This document shows, in pieces, positions 1-6,456 of a stretch of DNA of 7,739 bases. Made by a program: the position numbers and the translations under genes. The stretch lies in IMG/VR virus record IMGVR_UViG_2698536337_000010. One strand, written 5' to 3'. Below the pieces are notes generated by a model. That model did no database searches, had not been told where the DNA came from, and saw only the letters and a list, made by a program, of their open reading frames with translations. Origin of the DNA: a virus (taxonomy: Duplodnaviria > Heunggongvirae > Uroviricota > Caudoviricetes). Numbering within the stretch: the first letter of the stretch is position 1; each line of letters starts with the position of its first letter.

Positions 1-787
<787 letters not shown>

Positions 788-818
788 ATATATATGTATT
801 TTCTCTGTTAAGCGTGAG

Positions 819-871
819 CTACGTGAAAAATAATTTTTGGTGTGGGTATTAACTTTGCTTTATTCACGTAG
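819..871. repeat. Perfect 9-bp inverted repeat CTACGTGAA / TTCACGTAG with a 35-bp spacer, just 3' of the tape-measure stop codon
   Basis: Plus 819-827 CTACGTGAA and 863-871 TTCACGTAG are exact reverse complements. No U-tract follows on either strand, so not a canonical terminator. Confidence 0.5.
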
Positions 872-883
872 AACACCGTTAAA

Positions 884-3064
884 TCATTCTTCCTCTGGAT
901 AGCTTGAACTTAAGAGCATATCCTGCGTGAACTGGTCATTAGCTGATTGATTGAAAGTAAAGAAAGATGGTTCATCTGGTCGAACGACAACTTGACCACC
1001 AAGTGAAACTTTCACTGGCTCCTGAATACGCTTACTCAAAGCACTAATTTCATCCCTCAGACCCTGAATATCTGCACTCGTTAATGCTGAATCTTGCTTA
1101 ATGTTGTTTAACTCTGGATGATTGAATCTTGCAATATTCATTGTGGCATTGTTAAACAATTCACCCATTGAACTAAAAATTCTACTCCATCCTTCGTTAA
1201 TCATATTCGGTTTATTAGGGTCACCAGAATACACGGGATTAAAGTCACTACCCACACCTACCCCAGACGGATGCATATTAGCGTTTTTGACTACTTCCTG
1301 ATTCATAAAATCCAGTGCTTTCTTCAATGCATATAAACCAAGAGTGACGCCTCTGATTTGTGGAATCATTGAAGCTAATGCTAACGCTGTTTCATAACCG
1401 TCATCAGCATAACCAATTGCAAGAGCACTACCTACACCACCAGCTACACCTTTCAGTTTTCCACCACCTTTACCAGTAGCTACCTGACCAGCCACCTGAT
1501 TAGCTCTTGTACCTAACGTTGTGATTGCTCTTGTCAGGTTCATAACCCCTGTAGTAGCACTGAATAGCGTCTTTGCAGATAACGCTATAGCAAGACCTTT
1601 GACGAAGTTGATAAAACCATCACCGACTTCATCAAGTAGTTTTCGTTTAGTGTCATCAAGGCTGTAATAGAACTTCTTAGTCTGTAAAATCCAGCCTTCA
1701 ATGGTGTTATTGAATACGCGAATATCATCTACACCAGCTTTAAGCATGTCGATAAGTCCACCGATAGCATCACCAGCGATAGAAGAACTCATCCCCATTT
1801 CACTAAGCAGGTTACTCAGGCTGGATAAGAAGCCGTTTAGCTCATCCTGTGAACCTGAGAAGATTTTCACCATCGTATCATCCCAATTGTTTGCTAACTT
1901 ACCTAAAGCTGTCTGAGTGCTCTTAGTGACTTCAGCCCAGCCACCCGCTTTATCAATCATCAAGCCCATCTGTTTAGCGACTTTAGGGAGAGTATCAGCG
2001 GAAAGTACCTTCCCGTTTTTCATGGCTGCATCAAGCTCTGTAGCAGTCATACCCAATGCTTCAGCGAATAGCTTAAATGCACCAGCCATACGGTCACCTA
2101 ACTGCCCACGTAATTCCTCAGCCTGAATCTTGCCCTTGCTCGCCATCTGCTCAAATGCTCTCAAAATGCCGTTTAGCTCATCGTTAGAAAGCCCCATTAA
2201 GCGACTCATAGCCGTTGCATTACCAAATAGCTCCTGTGTCTGTTCCTGTGACATAGAACCCTGAGCACCTGCTGCAAACTTAGCGTAGCTTGATAGCCCT
2301 TCAGAGATATTAAGACCTGTCTTGTCTGCTAAATTTCGAATAAATACCTCAGCTTCAGATGCTTTATCACCAAGTACAAACTTAGCGGCTCTCTGTGCGG
2401 AATCTCGTTTAAGACCTGCATTCATAATGGCCTTGTAAGCGTTAAGAGCACCCATCACAGAGTAAAATGCACCAGATAATTTAATCGCATTGCTTGCAAG
2501 ATTATTAAATGCGTCGCTTGTATTGTTAATGCTGGCGGTCTTTGTCTGTGACCTGAGTTTATTCAACGTTTCACGAAGAGATTGATTTAATTTTGCAAGT
2601 TCAGCGTTAAACTTTTCACTTCCAATATTACCAGCCTTACCGCTTAAGCTGTAATACTGTGCTTTAAACATTTTAGCCATCAGCGGATTAATATCACCAA
2701 GCTTAGACATATTCACGCTATGCGCTGCTGTGATTGCTCTGTTTCCGCTAATTCGTGGTTGCCTTGATTGTTTTGGAGGATTAACAGTGTCATTAAATCT
2801 GGTGGCAAACTGAAATGCTTTTGTGCTTCTTGCTCTCTGCTCAATCTTGTCAAAGGTCTTATTAAACTTCCTTTCAAGCTGCCCTAAAGAACTTGTCAGA
2901 TTGCTGTCAAGTTGCTTGGTATCGACCTTAAACGCTCTATTCAAATTGCGTTCAATTCTTTGTGCTGACTGCAAAGCTGCCTTTTCAACTCTTTGCAAGC
3001 CCTTAATAACGTTTTCACTGAAACTAAGTTCAACGATAAAACTATCAACTGTGAATTTGCTCAT
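884..3064 (-). CDS. Phage tail tape-measure protein (726 aa)
   Basis: ATG at 3064 with SD AGAGGTGA 7 nt upstream. Coiled-coil-like N-terminal third; central segment GKIQAEELRGQLGDRMAGAFKLFAEALGMTATELDAAMKNGKVLSADTLPKVAKQMG matches the conserved tape-measure domain as I recall it; Gly-rich hydrophobic segment GKGGGKLKGVAGGVGSALAIGYADDGYETALALASMIP is typical of TMPs. No Walker motifs. Confidence 0.8.
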   Translation of the reverse strand: MSKFTVDSFIVELSFSENVIKGLQRVEKAALQSAQRIERNLNRAFKVDTKQLDSNLTSSLGQLERKFNKTFDKIEQRARSTKAFQFATRFNDTVNPPKQSRQPRISGNRAITAAHSVNMSKLGDINPLMAKMFKAQYYSLSGKAGNIGSEKFNAELAKLNQSLRETLNKLRSQTKTASINNTSDAFNNLASNAIKLSGAFYSVMGALNAYKAIMNAGLKRDSAQRAAKFVLGDKASEAEVFIRNLADKTGLNISEGLSSYAKFAAGAQGSMSQEQTQELFGNATAMSRLMGLSNDELNGILRAFEQMASKGKIQAEELRGQLGDRMAGAFKLFAEALGMTATELDAAMKNGKVLSADTLPKVAKQMGLMIDKAGGWAEVTKSTQTALGKLANNWDDTMVKIFSGSQDELNGFLSSLSNLLSEMGMSSSIAGDAIGGLIDMLKAGVDDIRVFNNTIEGWILQTKKFYYSLDDTKRKLLDEVGDGFINFVKGLAIALSAKTLFSATTGVMNLTRAITTLGTRANQVAGQVATGKGGGKLKGVAGGVGSALAIGYADDGYETALALASMIPQIRGVTLGLYALKKALDFMNQEVVKNANMHPSGVGVGSDFNPVYSGDPNKPNMINEGWSRIFSSMGELFNNATMNIARFNHPELNNIKQDSALTSADIQGLRDEISALSKRIQEPVKVSLGGQVVVRPDEPSFFTFNQSANDQFTQDMLLSSSYPEEE

Positions 3065-3095
3065 TCATGTTTCACCTCTTTAAGTGTTCATATAC

Positions 3096-3137
3096 GAAAA
3101 AGGGAAAGACTACCGATATCACTCGATAATCTCTCCC
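3096..3137 (-). terminator. Candidate intrinsic terminator or attenuator between the 68-aa ORF and the tape-measure gene
   Basis: Minus RNA: GGGAGAGA-u-UAUCG-agugauau-CGGUA-g-UCUUUCCC followed by UUUUUCG. Outer 8-bp stem (one G-U) plus inner 5-bp stem, then a U5 tract, ending about 30 nt before the TMP SD. Confidence 0.4.
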
Positions 3138-3162
3138 GTAGATTTTCACCCAACCAATCTTG

Positions 3163-3369
3163 TTACCTAACCAGATAATAATTACCATCTTCACCAACAA
3201 TCTGACAATCACTTGGTAATTTATCAAGACACCACTTAGCTATTTTCCTGATTCTATTCTTTTGCTTAGAGGAGGTGAATGATTTGATTCGTTTTGGTTT
3301 GTTGGGTTGTTCTTTCAATCGTTCACTAATTGCTTTAATAAGCTCATAGCGTTCTGTTAAATCAATCAT
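3163..3369 (-). CDS. Hypothetical small basic protein (68 aa)
   Basis: ATG at 3369 with SD AAGGTGGTGGTG directly upstream. Lys/Arg-rich middle (KPKRIKSFTSSKQKNRIRKIAKW). No recognisable family. Confidence 0.6.
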   Translation of the reverse strand: MIDLTERYELIKAISERLKEQPNKPKRIKSFTSSKQKNRIRKIAKWCLDKLPSDCQIVGEDGNYYLVR

Positions 3370-3393
3370 TCACCACCACCTTTTAATTATTAA

Positions 3394-4104
3394 TTAAATA
3401 GCCTTTGCATATTTGCTAGAAATCTTCGTAAGCTGCTCAATATCAGCCTGCATAGCAATCTTCTTAGCATCTTCATATTCTTTCACAAGCTCTTTCATAG
3501 CCTGAAGCTCTCTTGAGAGATACAACTTAACATTATCAAGTTGCTTGTTACGTGATGCCAAGATGTTCTGTCTAGCAATTTCAGCGAGTTCTTCATCGCT
3601 CTTATTAGTCATGTAAATAAACTGACCAGCACCTCTTGATGCCTTAACCATCTTCACAATTCGATGTCCAGCAGGAAGACTACTAATCACGGCTGCGACG
3701 TTTTCTTGAAAAGTACCAAAACCATCATTATCTTCGTATTGGTAATAGACAAATGGTTTCTGTGACAATTCATCCTGAATCTCAAATTCTGACGGCTCAA
3801 TAGCTGATTGCATCAAGGTAACTTTGCTGTAAGCGTCATCTAATCTAAGGCGCTGTTCTTTCAGCAGTTGGTAATATTTCTTTTCAAGCTCAAGTAATGC
3901 TTCACTCTTGCAAATATCAGGCATCTCTTGAGGCTCAGGAGACACAAAGATGGTTGTTTTTGGTGACATCTTTAGCGATTGCTCAAGCTCAATACGCTTG
4001 TCATGCTCTTTACGCTGAATAGTGATAGCTGGATGTTCAGTCTGTGGCGACCAGTCACTGAAGCTATCAATCACTTTGCCATTAATGTAAATATCATTTG
4101 TCAT
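3394..4104 (-). CDS. Hypothetical protein (236 aa) with a charged, helical or coiled-coil-like C-terminal third
   Basis: ORF track gives 3394..4152, but 4152 is a GTG. The in-frame ATG at 4104 is preceded by GAGGAA at a good distance, so 4104 is preferred. Same strand as the TMP gene; two stops separate it from the 68-aa ORF. Confidence 0.65.
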   Translation of the reverse strand: MTNDIYINGKVIDSFSDWSPQTEHPAITIQRKEHDKRIELEQSLKMSPKTTIFVSPEPQEMPDICKSEALLELEKKYYQLLKEQRLRLDDAYSKVTLMQSAIEPSEFEIQDELSQKPFVYYQYEDNDGFGTFQENVAAVISSLPAGHRIVKMVKASRGAGQFIYMTNKSDEELAEIARQNILASRNKQLDNVKLYLSRELQAMKELVKEYEDAKKIAMQADIEQLTKISSKYAKAI

Positions 4105-4279
4105 TGCTTTTCCTCTTCTAAGCGGAAGTGTTTCAGTTTTTAAAAAGCACACCTGACAGCCTATCTAAACTTAGAAGAGACTTAAAAGGCGGTTTGCCAA
4201 GTATGCTTTTTAAAAGCTGAATAGCCCTAGATAATTTCTTATAAAGGGCCATTCATAAGGTGAAGAAATTAAAACATCT

Positions 4280-4301
4280 AAAGGATTCAAAAAGGATTCA
4301 A
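4280..4301. repeat. Tandem direct repeat 2 x 11 bp (AAAGGATTCAA AAAGGATTCAA) in a 350-bp non-coding region
   Basis: Exact duplication read directly from the sequence. Nearby inverted repeats ATGACCT/AGGTCAT (4328-4334 / 4351-4357) and ATCATT/AATGAT (4391-4396 / 4404-4409). Confidence 0.6.
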
Positions 4302-4424
4302 ACGAATGAACAAGAGTACTTTTCGAGATGACCTCTCAGACTAACCTGAAAGGTCATGTAGCGAAAAGCATTGCACCTTTCAGAATAACTATCATTGATG
4401 TAGAATGATTAATAGTTTAATTCA

Positions 4425-4441
4425 GGAAGAGTTGCTCTTCC
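4425..4441 (-). terminator. Weak candidate hairpin downstream of the 25-aa ORF (GGAAGAG-ttg-CTCTTCC)
   Basis: Perfect 7-bp inverted repeat with a 3-nt loop, followed on the minus strand by the A/U-rich stretch UGAAUUAAACUAUUA. The short loop and interrupted U-tract make this weak. Confidence 0.2.
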
Positions 4442-4502
4442 CTATTACCATCATCTCATGCTTAAGGTTATTTGTCAACAGCTTTTTAACAGATTGGTAA
4501 CA

Positions 4503-4580
4503 TCAATTCTTATTTACCGTATTACCTACCCAGCAACCAACAAATAACCCTAAAGTCATCCAGAGAATAACGAGTGTCAT
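4503..4580 (-). CDS. Possible 25-aa hydrophobic micro-peptide (MTLVILWMTLGLFVGCWVGNTVNKN), translationally coupled to the upstream 101-aa ORF
   Basis: Not in the ORF track (too short). ATG at 4580 overlaps the TAA of the 101-aa ORF (TAATG). SD GAGGTG lies 5 nt upstream inside the upstream gene. About 18 contiguous hydrophobic residues, enough for one transmembrane helix. Confidence 0.35.
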   Translation of the reverse strand: MTLVILWMTLGLFVGCWVGNTVNKN

Positions 4581-4885
4581 TACATCACCTCGCTGTAAGG
4601 GTTTAATTCATTCTGATAGGTCAAGAATACATTCAGCTTCAATAATTGCTCAGGGCTTAAATCAAGTCGATTGCACTCTTCAATGATAAAGCGCTTATTG
4701 TATGGGTCTGTTACTTCCAGCTTGTGAACATAGTCACCAAGTTTAATTTCGTTGATTATATGCTTGTCAATATACGTTGACGCTTCAAAACAATGCATGA
4801 AATAGATATTAAAGCCCGACCTGTTCAGGTCAATCAACCAATTCATGGTTTCTTGGTCAACCATAATTTGCATTGGGTAATTCAT
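4580..4885 (-). CDS. Hypothetical protein (101 aa)
   Basis: ATG at 4885 with SD AAGGA 8 nt upstream. No recognisable motif. Confidence 0.6.
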   Translation of the reverse strand: MNYPMQIMVDQETMNWLIDLNRSGFNIYFMHCFEASTYIDKHIINEIKLGDYVHKLEVTDPYNKRFIIEECNRLDLSPEQLLKLNVFLTYQNELNPYSEVM

Positions 4886-5031
4886 TTTTAAAATCCTTCC
4901 TGTATCGCATTCTAAGACGTTTTAACCCCTTTTTTAGACCACTTAAGGCGATTCCCTAAGTTACCCTGATTAGGGGCTTAAAAACGTTTCTGGTGCGTCT
5001 GGTAAAGCCTGAGAGATATGTTTTGCTGTTT

Positions 5032-5247
5032 TTAGCTCAAGTCTGAGACTAATAGCCCCATCTGGTGACCGTAGTCTTTTAACCAGCTTTGCTTAACCGG
5101 AGTCTTCAGAGAATAGTTAGGGGCTGACAAGTGAAGATAGATATCATCTTTGCCGTGGATACTTCCCCATCCTTCGTATAACTCAAGCAAGTTTTCAAAA
5201 TAACGAAATGCTTTATTAGTCTGAAGTTGTACTGTGATAGTTTTCAT
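5032..5247 (-). CDS. Hypothetical protein (71 aa from the ATG at 5247; 75 aa if the ATG at 5259 is used)
   Basis: ATG at 5247 overlaps the TGA of the upstream ORF (TGATG). GGGGTG SD-like sequence upstream. Confidence 0.5.
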   Translation of the reverse strand: MKTITVQLQTNKAFRYFENLLELYEGWGSIHGKDDIYLHLSAPNYSLKTPVKQSWLKDYGHQMGLLVSDLS

Positions 5248-5468
5248 CAAGCACCCCATTCAGAAATAAGCTTAATTCCCTGCTCAAGCTGTTCAGGGTC
5301 GTTATAGTCGAGTATTACCAGTGGCTTTAATTCGTGTTTAAGCTGGTGGATTTGAGAGGGTTTTAATCGTTTGTTTGCTTTGAGGGTCACATCTTCAAAT
5401 TCAGCATCTGCTAAATTCTGTCTGATTAGGTGGCGGCCAAGTGTGGAATATTGGAACCTATAACACAT
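5247..5468 (-). CDS. Hypothetical protein (73 aa)
   Basis: ATG at 5468 overlaps the TAA of the upstream ORF (TAATG). SD GGAGG 4 nt upstream. Confidence 0.5.
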   Translation of the reverse strand: MCYRFQYSTLGRHLIRQNLADAEFEDVTLKANKRLKPSQIHQLKHELKPLVILDYNDPEQLEQGIKLISEWGA

Positions 5469-5758
5469 TAAACCTCCAATCTATCCGCCAGTTGATGGAC
5501 CTTAGCGCTTAACACCTGAATCATTGAGCAACCTGCTACTGCGGACTGTGCTTTGAGTAGTTCCAGTTGGCCCGTTGTGATTCTGATGGCCTTAGAACCC
5601 TCTGCGACGCCCTTAACGTTATCGAAAGGGCTAAGGTTTACCGACTCTTTTAAAATCTCCCCAACAAGCGCTGTGTGCTTCATATCGGGATATTTGGCTT
5701 TGATTGCTGCCAGTCGTTCAAATGCCTCTGGCAAAAGGCGCGTAACTGTGTGAGTCAT
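5468..5758 (-). CDS. Putative DNA-binding protein with two tandem ribbon-helix-helix-like motifs (96 aa)
   Basis: ATG at 5758 with SD AAGGAG 9 nt upstream (the track's 5788 ATG has no SD). Residues VTRLLPEAFERLAAIKAKYPDMKHTALVGEIL and AIRITTGQLELLKAQSAVAGCSMIQVLSAKV each follow the RHH pattern (beta-strand, helix A, turn, helix B with a Ser/Thr N-cap). Judged by eye against Arc/CopG/ParD/TraY-type sequences. Confidence 0.55.
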   Translation of the reverse strand: MTHTVTRLLPEAFERLAAIKAKYPDMKHTALVGEILKESVNLSPFDNVKGVAEGSKAIRITTGQLELLKAQSAVAGCSMIQVLSAKVHQLADRLEV

Positions 5759-5816
5759 TGTAAAAATCTCCTTAAATCTCTTACTCATACTACAATCTTA
5801 ACATCTATTTAACATA

Positions 5817-5845
5817 TTGTCAGTACCTCATTTACATGATACTAT
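5817..5845 (+). promoter_or_regulatory. Sigma-70-type promoter for the plus-strand small-membrane-protein gene
   Basis: -35 TTGTCA (5817-5822), 17-bp spacer, extended -10 TGaTACTAT (TG 5837-5838, hexamer 5840-5845). Predicted start about 5852, followed by SD AAGGA (5885-5889) and ATG 5896. Confidence 0.5.
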
Positions 5846-5895
5846 GGTTGTAGGGGCTGATACAGGTGCTGTTTCCTTTCACAAAAGGAAAATTA

Positions 5896-6072
5896 ATGCA
5901 TGATTTTTTCACAGCAATTATTGAATCTCATCGTTTTAGCTCGTTGGGCTTTGCGGTATTTATTGTGCTATTGGTGTTTTGCGTTATGAATCGAGTCATT
6001 ACAAAAAAGACAAAGCTTACAATTCGACTTAAACTTCTTCGTGTTGAGATAGAGATTTCAGTAAATAAATAG
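5896..6072 (+). CDS. Small single-pass membrane protein (58 aa), the only plus-strand gene in the window
   Basis: Track ORF 5866..6072 starts at a GTG too close to the predicted transcript start; ATG 5896 has a proper SD. Sequence MHDFFTAIIESHRFSSLGFAVFIVLLVFCVMNRVITKKTKLTIRLKLLRVEIEISVNK has one roughly 18-residue hydrophobic helix followed by a basic tail. Its 3' end overlaps the convergent minus-strand gene by 15 bp. Confidence 0.5.
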   Translation: MHDFFTAIIESHRFSSLGFAVFIVLLVFCVMNRVITKKTKLTIRLKLLRVEIEISVNK

Positions 6073-6456
6073 CTGGTGGACTGAATCCCATAAATCGTAA
6101 TGATACAGCACCGCAAACTTCAAAGCGTCAATCTTTAAATCTGTCACATCATCGACGAAATAATAATCCCTCCCTTCTTTCTTCGGTCGAATCCGNNNNN
6201 NNNNNNNNNNNNNNNNNNNNNNNNNNNNNNNNNNNNNNNNNNNNNNNNNNNNNNNNNNNNNNNNNNNNNNNNNNNNNNNNNNNNNNNNNNNNNNNNNNNN
6301 NNNNNNNNNNNNNNNNNNNNNNNNNNNNNNNNNNNNNNNNNNNNNNNNNNNNNNNNNNNNNNNNNNNNNNNNNNTCATCAAGTAACCTTCACGAGAAATG
6401 CTGTAACGTCTGAGTAAATAGTCACGGTATTTTCTCTCGCCATTATAAGTTTTCAT
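6058..6456 (-). CDS. Hypothetical protein interrupted by an assembly gap, in the position a lambda P-like partner gene would occupy
   Basis: ATG at 6456 overlaps the TAA of the replication gene (TAATG), using the GGAGGA inside the upstream gene's last codons as SD. Only 27 N-terminal and 45 C-terminal residues are real sequence. Frame continuity across the N run is not evidence the two pieces are one gene. Confidence 0.35.
   Translation of the reverse strand: MKTYNGERKYRDYLLRRYSISREGYLMXXXXXXXXXXXXXXXXXXXXXXXXXXXXXXXXXXXXXXXXXXXXXXXXXXXXXXXXXXXXRIRPKKEGRDYYFVDDVTDLKIDALKFAVLYHYDLWDSVHQLFIY
6196..6374. other. Assembly or scaffold gap (179 N)
   Basis: Uninterrupted run of n characters. Confidence 0.99.

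Noticed and set aside
1701-2126. Plus-strand ORFs 1701..1916 and 1917..2126
   Set aside because: They lie entirely antisense within the tape-measure gene, have Ser/Ala/Pro-rich low-complexity products and no SD; shadow ORFs.
2823-3178. Plus-strand ORFs 2823..3083 and 2993..3178
   Set aside because: Antisense to the tape-measure start region and terminator-like element, no convincing ribosome-binding site, Leu/Ser-rich translation; shadow ORFs.
3370-3396. Possible stop-codon read-through or fusion between the in-frame 236-aa and 68-aa ORFs
   Set aside because: Two stop codons (TAA and TGA) lie between them, and the 68-aa ORF has its own strong SD.
4105-4152. Upstream-extended starts proposed by the ORF track (4152, and likewise 5866 and 7466)
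   Set aside because: These are GTG or TTG codons without an SD. In each case a downstream ATG has a properly spaced SD, and for 7466 the extension would run through a terminator hairpin.
4306-4344. 12-codon plus-strand mini-ORF (MNKSTFRDDLSD) after the tandem 11-bp repeat
   Set aside because: Too short to support and no promoter found; noted only because the repeat resembles an SD.
4954-4975. Inverted repeat CCCTAA / TTAGGG in the 147-bp spacer between the 71-aa and 101-aa ORFs, considered as a terminator
   Set aside because: No U-tract follows on either strand and the stem is only 6 bp; at most a weak structural or binding element.
5553-5753. Plus-strand ORF 5553..5753
   Set aside because: Completely antisense within the RHH-like gene, which has better start signals and recognisable motifs.
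5928-6116. Minus-strand ORF 5928..6116
   Set aside because: Antisense to the promoter-supported small membrane protein gene and overlaps the end of the gap-interrupted gene in another frame; no SD.
6058-6456. Reading-frame continuity across the N gap as evidence for a single 132-aa protein
   Set aside because: The frame across n characters is an artefact of the nominal gap length.
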